64,000 nt of DNA. It comes from an uncultured delta proteobacterium (GTDB lineage: Bacteria > Desulfobacterota > WTBG01 > CAIYCZ01 > CAIRTM01). Made by a program: the position numbers and the translations under genes. Positions 54,895 to 64,000 of the stretch are shown here, one piece after another. Each line of letters begins with the position of its first letter. Position 1 is the stretch's first letter. The stretch covers positions 64,001 to 128,000 of the forward strand of contig CAWDSQ010000001.1 of assembly GCA_963804955.1 (NCBI GenBank), given 5' to 3'. Under the pieces are notes generated by a model. That model was not told the origin of the DNA, made no database searches, and saw nothing but the letters and a program-made list of their open reading frames with translations.

Positions 54895-56778
54895 ATGATG
54901 CCTAAAATAAAGACGCTGACAGCTGTTGGCCTGGTGCTGGTATGGGCCCTGGCTGTGTCCGGCTGCGCGACCCCCGTAGGGGTGAGAAATATCACACCCC
55001 GCACGGCCTATCAGGATACGTTTGAAAACTCTTTGAGCGATGGGGCTTTCAGCGATAATACGAAGATTGTCCTGGATCGCTTCGACCTGCAGCAAACATT
55101 CAAAAAAAATCCCGCTGCTGTTATCGAAACACTTCATAAAAAAGCGCTCAGCGACGGCCGCAGGGATATGCTCTATGCCCTGGCAGAGCTTTGCTATGAG
55201 CATGGCGAACAGCTGCACAAAAGTTTTTTTTCGAGCACCAGCAAGAGCGCTTCCGACTATTTCCTGCTTTCGGCTGTCTATGCCTATCTCTATATACTGG
55301 CCGACATGCGGGAGCCTCCTCCCTCTGCCTTTGATCAGAGGTTTCGCGCAGCATGCGATCTGTATAATTTTTCCTTATGGCGGGCACTGTCAACCGGCAA
55401 TGGCGGCAGGCTGGTTTTGCAGGAAGGGCCACGCAAACTTCCTGTCGGCGGCATTTCCATTGCCCTTAAACGGGCACAGTTCCCCTGGGCCCTGGAGGAT
55501 TTTGAAGAGTTTCTGCCTGCGTATAAATATGCCGTGCGCGGCATTACCGTGCGCAACCGGACCCGGGGGATGGGGCTTCCGCTGATAGGTCTTAAAAAAC
55601 AGGCGGAAGATGGCCTGTCTGCCTACCAGCCGGTACCTGTTACCGCATTTCTTGATATACAGGGAGGCCTTGCGGAGCTGACCGACGGCAGCGCCGCTGC
55701 TTCACTTAAGCTTTACTCGGCCTATGATGATGCCGAGGTGTTTGTAGACAATCGGGTGGTTCCCCTTGAAACCGATACCACAACCCCGACCGCCTACCAG
55801 CTCGAACATGAATCCATTCTCTGGGACTACGGGCTCAAGTCTTTTCTTGGCAAGCTCGCGGCAGTTCCCAATAAACTGCATCTCATGCAGCCATACCAGC
55901 CCGGCAGAATACCCGTCGTCTTTGTCCATGGCACCATGAGCAGCCCGGTGTGGTGGACGGAGATGTGGAATACCCTGCGGGCCGATCCGGAGCTGCGCCG
56001 GACGTATCAGTTCTGGTTCTTTATGTATAACAGCAATGCGCTGGTCACGCTGTCGGCTGCTGATCTGCGGGACAAGTTGCGCAGCCAGGTCGCCCAGCTT
56101 GATCCGGAGGGAAAAGATCCGGCGCTCAGCAGATGGTCGTGGTCGGTCACAGCCAGGGAGGTCTTCTGGCAAATCTCACGGCTGTTACTACCGGAGACCG
56201 CCTTGTGCGGTCCCTGACCGATAAGGATATCGATTCCCTGGACATTTCGGATGAGCATGAAAGCCCTGATGCGCCGCGCCCTGATTGTCGAGCCGCTGCC
56301 GTTTGTGAAGCGCGTGGTGTTTATCTCGACGCCCCACCGGGGAAGTTTCCGGAGCAGCAGATGGATACGAAAAATAGCCCAAAAAATAATCAGCCTGCCG
56401 TCAACTATTGTCACCTTCCCCCTGAGCGCATACACATTTCTCAGGGATGATGTTAAAAACCTGTTCGGTGACAGGCTTCCCGTCACGAGCCTTGACAGCA
56501 TGTCGCCCGCCAATCCGGTCATGAAGACTCTGGCCGATATTCCCTTGGCGCCGGGGGTAAAAGGCAATTCGATCATAGCGGTGCAAAATCCCGATGACCC
56601 TAAGGAGCAGTGGAATGACGGCGTTGTCCAGTACTCAAGCGCGCATATCGAAGGCATGGAATCGGAATTCATCGTCCATGCCGGCCATTCCTGCCAGGGG
56701 CACCCGCTTACCATCGAGGAGGTGCGCAGGATACTGATTGAACATGCTGTCTCTATAGGGGCAATTCCAAATCCCTGA
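54895..56778 (+). CDS. Alpha/beta-hydrolase lipoprotein (frameshifts ~56130, ~56255)
   Basis: Lipobox VSGC; PVVFVHG, nucleophile elbow GHSQGG, STPHRGS, DGVV and GHS. Confidence 0.85.
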
Positions 56779-56911
56779 AGTGAAATTAAAAAATGTGCTA
56801 TATATTTTATATTCGTATTGATGTGCAGCTGGGATAAAAATGTACAGAGAAGTCGGCAGGGATGCCTTTAAGATCATCTTTATAACCCATTAATCCAAGG
56901 AGGTCAGAGCT

Positions 56912-57601
56912 ATGAGGATACAAAGCAAACGGATGTTACAGGTACTGACAGGTTTGTGTGTGCTCATGCTTTTTGGGGCCTGCGCGACGATGCAGGCCCG
57001 CAGCACGAAAACAACGGGGTTTCTGGGCGACTATTCGCAGCTTAAAGCGGGCGGCGAGGGCAAGGCGCTGCTTGTGTATATCGACCCGGCCGCCGATATC
57101 AAATCCTATACCCGCATTCTCATGGATCCTGTCAAGCTGTATGCCTCACAGGAGAACAGCATGGAGAATGTTCCCCTGGACGAACGCAAAAAGCTCCTGA
57201 ATTATGCTGATGCGGCTATTCGCGCAAAGCTTGCCAAAGAGTATGTTTTCGTGCGCGAGCCGGGCCCCGGGGTCATGCGCCTGCGCGTTGCCCTTACCGA
57301 GGCAGAAGATGCCAATGTTACCATGGATACCATATCGACGGTTTTGCCCATAGGCCTTGCTCTTGCCGGCCTGCAGACCGTTGCAACGGGATCAAGTTCC
57401 TTTGTCGGCTCCGCTGGGGTGGAAGCCGAGCTGCTGGACAGTCAGACCGGCAAGCGCCTTATGGCGGCGGTTGACCGCCGGGTGGGCGGCAAAATGACCG
57501 GACAGGGCGACAAGTTTGACGAATGGCGCACGGTGAAGAATGCTATCGACTACTGGGCCGAGCGGCTGCAGACCCGCCTTGCCGAACAGCGGGCGCAATA
57601 A
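56912..57601 (+). CDS. DUF3313-like lipoprotein
   Basis: Lipobox FGAC; GFLGDYSQL, LRVALT and E..DSQTG..L.A.VD.R. Confidence 0.8.
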   Translation: MRIQSKRMLQVLTGLCVLMLFGACATMQARSTKTTGFLGDYSQLKAGGEGKALLVYIDPAADIKSYTRILMDPVKLYASQENSMENVPLDERKKLLNYADAAIRAKLAKEYVFVREPGPGVMRLRVALTEAEDANVTMDTISTVLPIGLALAGLQTVATGSSSFVGSAGVEAELLDSQTGKRLMAAVDRRVGGKMTGQGDKFDEWRTVKNAIDYWAERLQTRLAEQRAQ

Positions 57602-57736
57602 AAGTTCACCGGAGTGAGTGAGGCATAACAGGGCTTAGACCGGAACCGTAACCCCGGCAGGTGTTTGTGCATGCTCTCAGGTGAAGGCTTCTCAACAGAA
57701 GCGAACCATTTCAATTTTTCGACAAAAGGAGGAAGT

Positions 57737-57991
57737 ATGGCGGACAAAGGCGTTTTATCGGTTTATTACACCAACGGCAAAGTTCAGTGGTTTGAGTTCA
57801 CGCGTGCCGAGGATACGACAAATATCGGAAGCCGCATTCAGGAAATCATGAAAAGCAAGCAGCTTCTTCTCGACCTGGAAGACAAAACACTTATCATTCC
57901 CTTTGCCAGCATTCAGCACATTGAAATATCGCCCCCGATGCAGAAGCTGCCCCTGACAGCCATCAAAAATATTCGCCAGATTCAGGAGTAG
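57737..57991 (+). CDS. Small hypothetical protein
   Basis: Strong SD AAGGAGG; 84-aa ORF. Confidence 0.7.
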   Translation: MADKGVLSVYYTNGKVQWFEFTRAEDTTNIGSRIQEIMKSKQLLLDLEDKTLIIPFASIQHIEISPPMQKLPLTAIKNIRQIQE

Positions 57992-58117
57992 CCTTTTCGG
58001 TTCATTGGCGGGCTGCATTGCATGGGCTGAAAAATTTTACCGGAATCCTGCCTTGAAAGTCCTGTTTTGTAAGAGGGGAGCAGCACTCATAATTTTTAGC
58101 GATAAAGGAGAATACTT

Positions 58118-59137
58118 GTGCAGTTGGCGATGATTGGTCTCGGAAGGATGGGCGGAGCCATGGCCCGCCGGCTGATGCGCGCAGGCCACGAAGTCCTGGT
58201 GTATTCCGCCACAGCCAAAACACGGGAAACCTTTGCCCGCGAGACCGGGGCGCGAGCGGCATCTTCCATCCGGGAACTGATGGCACTGCTGAAGCCGCCA
58301 CGAATTGTCTGGCTCATGGTGCCGGCGGCCGTGGTCGATTCGACACTGAGCGAGCTGGCAGGCTTTGTTGAAAAGGACGATATCATCGTCGACGGAGGCA
58401 ATTCAGCCTATGTTGACGATATCAGGCGGGCAAGCGAGCTTGCAGCCCGTGGTGTGCACTATGTCGATTGCGGCACCAGCGGCGGCGTCTGGGGCTTGGA
58501 GCGGGGATACTGCCTGATGATCGGCGGTGAAGACGCGGCAGTCAGGCGGCTTGACCCCATCTTTTCGGCGCTCGCGCCCGGCGCGGGCTCCATATCGCGC
58601 ACAGCGGGCCGTGGATGCGCAGGCTCTACGGCCGAGCAGGGCTATCTGCACTGCGGGCCCAGCGGCGCAGGCCACTTCGTGAAGATGGTTCACAACGGCA
58701 TCGAGTACGGCATCATGGCAGCCTATGCCGAGGGTCTCAATATACTGCATCATGCCGATGCGGGAATGAAACCGCAGCCGACTGACGCCGAGACAGCCCC
58801 GCTGCGCAATCCTGAACAGTACCGGTATGCATTCAATACAGCCGACATCGCCGAGCTCTGGCGGCGCGGCAGCGTTATCTCCTCGTGGCTTCTGGACCTG
58901 ACAGCCGCTGCCCTGCTGGAAGATCCCGGCCTTGCTGATTTTGCGGGCCGTGTATCTGATTCCGGCGAAGGCCGCTGGACTATCAAGGCCGCCATTGATG
59001 AGGCAGTGCCCGCCCCGGTGCTCACGGCGGCTCTGTATGCGCGCTTCAGCTCCCGCGGCGAGGCGGATTTTGCCGACAGGCTTCTGTCTGCCATGCGCTA
59101 TAAATTCGGCGGCCATCTTGAAAAGCCGAAAAAATGA
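58118..59137 (+). CDS. gnd: 6-phosphogluconate dehydrogenase, decarboxylating (short type)
   Basis: IGLGRMG, VDGGNS, DCGTSGG, GHFVKMVHNGIEYG, DSGEGRW and FGGH. Confidence 0.95.
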   Translation: MQLAMIGLGRMGGAMARRLMRAGHEVLVYSATAKTRETFARETGARAASSIRELMALLKPPRIVWLMVPAAVVDSTLSELAGFVEKDDIIVDGGNSAYVDDIRRASELAARGVHYVDCGTSGGVWGLERGYCLMIGGEDAAVRRLDPIFSALAPGAGSISRTAGRGCAGSTAEQGYLHCGPSGAGHFVKMVHNGIEYGIMAAYAEGLNILHHADAGMKPQPTDAETAPLRNPEQYRYAFNTADIAELWRRGSVISSWLLDLTAAALLEDPGLADFAGRVSDSGEGRWTIKAAIDEAVPAPVLTAALYARFSSRGEADFADRLLSAMRYKFGGHLEKPKK

Positions 59138-59278
59138 GGAGGCAGGGGCTTACTGCCCGGCGCATTACCCTGACAGTGCGCCTACTGTAAGCAAGGCAGG
59201 AAAGGGCGGCTTTGGACAGGAAGTTGTCCGCTCACCGGAGGGAGATACTTCAGGCAGTGAAAGGAACAGCAGGCTTGT

Positions 59279-59965
59279 ATGGAGATTAAACTGCTGGCCG
59301 ATGCCGGTGCGGCAGCGCTGGCAGCCGCCGGGCTTATCGCCGCAGATGCGCGGGCAGCCGTGGCCGCACGAGGGAGCTTCATTGCGGCCTTCAGCGGCGG
59401 GCATACGCCGCGGGCCATGCTGCGGGCCCTGGCAGATGAACATATCCCCTGGGATTGCGTGCATATCGTGCAGGTGGATGAACGCGTGGCGCCTGCGGAA
59501 GATCCGGATCGAAACCTCACGGGCTTGCGCGAATGCCTTCTTGAGCATGCCCCGCTGAGGCCGGAGCAGCTCTATGCCATGCCGGTTGAAGACCCTGACC
59601 TTGATGCAGCCGCTGCAGCCTATGCCGCTACCCTCAGCAGCATCGCCGGATCGCCGCCGGTGCTCGACCTTGTTCATCTGGGCCTGGGGACCGACGGGCA
59701 CACCGCATCGCTGGTTCCCGGAGACCCGGTCCTTCTTGTCGCCGACGCCGACGTCGCTCTGACCGGAGTATATCAGCAGCACCGCCGCATGACCCTGACC
59801 TACCCCATGCTCAATCGCTCCAGACGCATTTTGTGGCTCGTGACCGGGGCTGAAAAGTCAGGCATGCTGGGGCGCCTGCGCGACGGAGACGCATCGATTC
59901 CGGCGGGGTTGGTGAGCCGCGACCGTGCAATTGTGTTTGCCGATCAGGCGGCGGATTTTCTGTGA
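59279..59965 (+). CDS. pgl: 6-phosphogluconolactonase
   Basis: FSGGHTP, VDER, LGLGTDGHTASL and RMTLT. Confidence 0.93.
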   Translation: MEIKLLADAGAAALAAAGLIAADARAAVAARGSFIAAFSGGHTPRAMLRALADEHIPWDCVHIVQVDERVAPAEDPDRNLTGLRECLLEHAPLRPEQLYAMPVEDPDLDAAAAAYAATLSSIAGSPPVLDLVHLGLGTDGHTASLVPGDPVLLVADADVALTGVYQQHRRMTLTYPMLNRSRRILWLVTGAEKSGMLGRLRDGDASIPAGLVSRDRAIVFADQAADFL

Positions 59966-60024
59966 CGCATCAATGCCGGGCTGTTTGATTGCTGACGGAA
60001 ATGACATACAAGAACAGAGGAACT

Positions 60025-60744
60025 ATGAAGCACATCGAATCACCTGATCGGCAGAACACCACCCCTGAATGCGAAGCGAGAACTTCTGCTAAAGAAAGAG
60101 TCAGGCGCTACTCCGCCATCGAGTTTCTTATTGCGCTCGTACTGCTGATTGTATCCATGCCGCTGCTGGATACTATGCGGCATGGCGTTATGCTCCAAAC
60201 GGTACTGCTGACGGTCGTGATGCTTTCAGCGCTGGTGGTTGTAGGGGCAAACCGCAGAGTGCTGATACCGGCATGTATTCTGGCAGTTCCTGCAGTAGCC
60301 AGCAGATGGGTCAATTTTTATAGGCCCGATCTGCTGCATGCGGATATCCATCTGGCTGCAGCCATACTGTTTATTGGCTTTATTATTGTGCGGCTCCTCG
60401 GGTTTGTGCTCAGGGCGCCGAAAGTGAATGAAGAGGTTCTCAGCGCAGCGGTTTCCACCTATCTTTTGCTGGGTCTTCTCTGGATGTTTGCCTTCCTGCT
60501 TACGGCCAGCATTGATCCCGGCTCGTTTGCTTTCAGCTCAGGGCCTGCCGCCGAACGCGGTATAAGCGGCTTCAATGCTCTGTACTTCAGCTTCGTCACC
60601 CTCTGCACCGTCGGGTACGGTGACATCACGCCGGTGTCCCCCGTTGCGCGTATGCTGGCCTTTACCGAGGCCGTAGCGGGTCTGTTTTATATGGCCATGA
60701 TTGTCGCCCGTCTGGTGGCGCTGTATTCCTCGGAAAAACACTAG
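60025..60744 (+). CDS. Potassium channel family protein
   Basis: YFSFVTLCTVGYGDITP selectivity filter; several TM helices. Confidence 0.9.
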   Translation: MKHIESPDRQNTTPECEARTSAKERVRRYSAIEFLIALVLLIVSMPLLDTMRHGVMLQTVLLTVVMLSALVVVGANRRVLIPACILAVPAVASRWVNFYRPDLLHADIHLAAAILFIGFIIVRLLGFVLRAPKVNEEVLSAAVSTYLLLGLLWMFAFLLTASIDPGSFAFSSGPAAERGISGFNALYFSFVTLCTVGYGDITPVSPVARMLAFTEAVAGLFYMAMIVARLVALYSSEKH

Positions 60745-60854
60745 AGGGCGGGTTGTATTTTGAACTGAGGCTGTTTACAGAATACTTCCCGCGAGCTTGT
60801 GATCCCGCACTTTCAGTCAGCTATCAAGCCAACCCCCCTGCCTTGGCTGCGGGC

Positions 60855-62078
60855 TTAAATTTTTTGATGCTCCGGTGATGCAGGAGGAAGCGCTGCGATT
60901 TTGGCGGCATAGAGGTTAATGCCGGGCATGGCGCTCAGGCCGTGGGCAAAAATGCTCAGCAGCACCGTTGCCATAACGGCGATCCGTATGGTCTCCTCGC
61001 CGGGGTTGTGCAGCTCCTGCTCCAAATAGACCAGCCCCAGCACGATTGAGGCAAGGCCCCGGGGGCCGAACCAGCCCATGAACAACACTGTTGTCCGCGA
61101 AAGGCCCGTGCCCGCAAGCGCCAGCCAGACCGGCAGCATGCGCACTGCGGTGAGGCTCAGGGCGGCATACAGAAGTGCTGCAGGCGTAAACTGCGTCCAT
61201 GCACGTGCCACCAGGAGGCCGAAAAGAAAAAACACGGCAAGGTTGAACAGCTGGCCCCAATCTTCGGCAAACTCAACGCTGTGCCTGCCCGCCTCCTTAA
61301 ATCCAACCTGCACGGCAAGGCCTGCGATGAACGCGGCGATGAACATGCTGGCCCCGACGGCTTCCGAAGCCAGTATGCACAGCAGCGGCAGCGCTATGAC
61401 ACCGAGTTTCTGGAGCGGCCCCGCCATCCACTGCTTGCGATGCGCCAGCCCCAATAGCAGCCCTCCGGCAAGGCCGACGCCGATGCCGATGAGCGCCCCG
61501 TACCCGAGCTGCTCCATGATAAACCGGCCGAGCACCCCCTTCTGGCCTGCAGCCCCGGATTCAGCAAGGGCAATAAAGAACAGCATGAACGGAACGGACA
61601 GCCCGTCGTTCAAGCCGGCCTCCACATTAAGCGCCTGGCGGATGCGCATGGGCACGCGCGGGCTGTTGACGATGATCTGCCCAAGGCCCGCGTCCGTGGG
61701 GGCAAGAATGGCCCCGAGTATGCCCGCCTCCCAGATGGTAAGGTTCGGGAACACGCCCACGGCAGCAAGGGCTCCGAGCACGATGGTAAGAAGCATGCCC
61801 GTGCTTAAAAGCCGCAGGGGAAGGTTGCGGATGCTTTTTAAAATGGCGAGATCGGTTTTGCTGGCATCGGTGAAGAGCAGCAGCACCAGGCCGATTTCAG
61901 CCACCTGCAGCAGCAGCTTGAAATTATAGTCGCGGCCGCGCAGCTCCGGTATAAGCAGTAGCGCCACCCCGCCCGCAGCGGTGAAAAGAATGGGGGCTGT
62001 GATGACGGTGCGCTCAAGGCGCTTTGAAACAAGGCTGTATAAAAAGATAAGCGTACAGTAGATGGCAATGAGTGTCAT
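60855..62078 (-). CDS. Cation:proton antiporter (CPA1/NhaP-like)
   Basis: LLFTDA, LAPTDA, EAGLNDG and GWFGPRGLAS. Confidence 0.92.
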   Translation of the reverse strand: MTLIAIYCTLIFLYSLVSKRLERTVITAPILFTAAGGVALLLIPELRGRDYNFKLLLQVAEIGLVLLLFTDASKTDLAILKSIRNLPLRLLSTGMLLTIVLGALAAVGVFPNLTIWEAGILGAILAPTDAGLGQIIVNSPRVPMRIRQALNVEAGLNDGLSVPFMLFFIALAESGAAGQKGVLGRFIMEQLGYGALIGIGVGLAGGLLLGLAHRKQWMAGPLQKLGVIALPLLCILASEAVGASMFIAAFIAGLAVQVGFKEAGRHSVEFAEDWGQLFNLAVFFLFGLLVARAWTQFTPAALLYAALSLTAVRMLPVWLALAGTGLSRTTVLFMGWFGPRGLASIVLGLVYLEQELHNPGEETIRIAVMATVLLSIFAHGLSAMPGINLYAAKIAALPPASPEHQKI

Positions 62079-62197
62079 GGATGATTGCGCCTCTCACGCA
62101 CAGGGTTCGGGATGGGCACACTATAAAGGGGTACTGCGGCTGTGTCAAATAGTAATGCAGCACAAGAAAAGCTCATTACAGCCGGGACCGATCAGCG

Positions 62198-63683
62198 TTA
62201 TTGATGTATCTGCGTATGCCCCACCGGCTGTCCCCCACAGCCGTTCTTCATAAGGCAGAGCAGTATTTCTTCATATACTGCCCAAATCTTTTTTCTGTCA
62301 TCTGCGTGATTGGCAAGAAAAGAAAAAACGGCCTCACCTTTTTCAGTCCCGGCAAAGCCGGATAATGTCAAAGCATCATCCAGTGTTCCTGATTTCGCGT
62401 GAATCCTGCCTGTTAATTCCGGCGCGCTGAATTTATCTTTTATCGTACCTGTCAGCCCTGAAACAGCCAGGGAATTTTTAAAGGCCTCACGGTTTTTATT
62501 TGTATTCATAAACCTGAGAAGCCGTGTAAGATTTGTGGCGCTGATTCTATTCTCCCGGCTGAGTCCGGTGCCGTCCGCGATACTGCCGCCATCGGGCAGA
62601 ATGCTGTTTTTCTTCAACAGGGCTTTACATGCGGCACGTGCGTTGTCATAGTTTGCCTTCCCGTACAGGCTATAGCCCAGATTCAAAAAAAGCAGTTCCG
62701 CCCGCAGATTATCACTGTCGGTAAACATCCGGTACACATACTCGGAAAGGGGTATCCCTTCCAGCTCGAAAAGCAGTTCTTCACGGGCTTCATTGCTTAA
62801 ATCATTACCGGTAATTGTAATGCCGCGCTGCAGCAAGTGCATGAACAATGTTTTTCCGGTAATAGTCTTCCGCCGATATCGTATCGATCCTCCAGTGATC
62901 CGTGCTGTCGGCAGCGGTATTGATGAGTATTTTATCGGTCGGCTTTCCATTCTCCGGAAATTTTTCCTGATGCCCTGTTTTTTTCCGGGCAAGCAGCTCA
63001 AAGTGAAACAGGGTTTCGGGAATGGTAGTTATTTTTGAATGTACAACCTGTATCTCGACGGCATTTTCATTGAATGTCACCGAACCGGCAGCCGGATACT
63101 GTATATTGTATTTCAGGTCACTCCAGGCGCTGCCGTCAACGACTACATTTCCCTCAATGCGGGTAATACCGGCGCTTTTTATTCTATTGGCGAATTCATC
63201 AAGCTGGTTACCCAGAATTTCTTTTTTTCTGTCAAAATCATCGGTATAGCGTGCCGTAAATTCAATTGCCCCGGTGCCGCGGACCACCAGGTTACCCCGC
63301 AACATGCCGTTTTCAACGCGCCCTTTTTTGTAAAAGCGCGTTTTAAACCGGTAGTCAGGGCCGAAATGCAAAAGACCGCAGGCGCCGGTCAGCAGTTTCT
63401 GATTTGATGCCGGAATAAGGCTTGCATTTTCATTGAATGAGAAAAGTTTTCCCCCTCCTGCATCCGTGATGGAAATGCCGAACTGCACATTGGAGAATTC
63501 TTTTTGCGCGAGAAGCGCTTCAATCTTTTGCTGCATGCCCGCCGTTTCGCCAAAGCAGGCAGACGAGAAGGCAAGCAGCAGGAAACAGGGAAGAAAATGC
63601 GTCAGTATGTGCCGTATCCCGCAATCCCCGCAATTGGTTTCAGGAAGAATGTTTTTATAAATATCAGGGCCGGTTAATGCCAT
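62198..63683 (-). CDS. dacB: D-Ala-D-Ala carboxypeptidase/endopeptidase (PBP4/S13), frameshift ~62880; carries a foreign 22-aa N-terminus
   Basis: PASNQK (SxxK), SDN, DGTGLSR.N and AKSGT. Confidence 0.85.
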
Positions 63684-63737
63684 AGTTCTCTTTTTTGCTT
63701 AAAGCGCACATGTCCGTTTGGAGATTCAGGTGCTGTC

Positions 63738-63932
63738 TTACTCCTCGATGGTAATAGCCTCCGTATCACATTTCGCAGCAGTCTGCCTGACACGCTCTTC
63801 CAGTTCAGGCGGAACAACATCAACACGCACGCGCGCTTCAGTCTTTCCTTCATCATATTCAAATACTTCAGGACACATATCACTGCACTGCCTGTCTCCC
63901 ATGCAACGATCATAATCTATAGTAACTTTCAT
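63738..63932 (-). CDS. Monocluster ferredoxin
   Basis: MKV.ID..RCMGDRQC...CPEVF ... C; SD GGAG. Confidence 0.9.
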   Translation of the reverse strand: MKVTIDYDRCMGDRQCSDMCPEVFEYDEGKTEARVRVDVVPPELEERVRQTAAKCDTEAITIEE

Positions 63933-64000
63933 AGACACTCCCTTCTGTTGAAAAATTATATAACCGCGTTTTTATCTTTCCTGCCAAAAGATTAAGGGCG

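Noticed and set aside
57600..57720. Glycine riboswitch (CTCTCAGG)
   Set aside because: Other conserved elements (GGAGA, CCGAAG) are not arranged correctly.

Overview
A 64 kb bacterial chromosomal window with GC-rich coding regions and AT-rich intergenic stretches. It most resembles an anaerobic deltaproteobacterium/Desulfobacterota, an inference from recO-glyQ-glyS-ppdK synteny, an AOR, a multiheme cytochrome and PilZ proteins. Many genes, including the essential glyQ and glyS, carry single-base frameshifts that look like uncorrected long-read errors, so split ORFs are merged below. 1-10 kb is the distal part of an aryl-polyene/flexirubin-like lipid gene cluster (B12 radical SAM, aromatic amino-acid ammonia-lyase, thioesterase, DAK2-DegV fusion, GT2, MMPL-methyltransferase fusion, acyltransferase), and several of its intergenic gaps hold different palindromic repeat families. 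10-12 kb holds nested miniature repeats plus hicAB and an orphan BrnA-like antitoxin, bracketed by a ~240 bp duplicated gene 3' end. 12-23 kb has a GT-C membrane protein, exported proteins and a small surface-glycan locus. 23-36 kb has AOR, ppdK, glyQS, recO, ahcY, PilZ/REC genes and folD. 36-48 kb has a pentaheme cytochrome, an orphan UpxY, HD-GYP, nth, SPOR, a pepP-like gene, sigma-28 and a V4R-DGC pair. 48-64 kb has arfB, XRE-leuCD, Hsp20, gnd/pgl, ion transporters, a dacB with a foreign Fe-S N-terminus and a ferredoxin. The most striking unexplained pattern is a strong D-N-X-S/T bias in four unrelated exported proteins, suggesting N-glycosylation with Asp at position -1. I recognised no tRNA, rRNA, CRISPR array, integrase or transposase gene.
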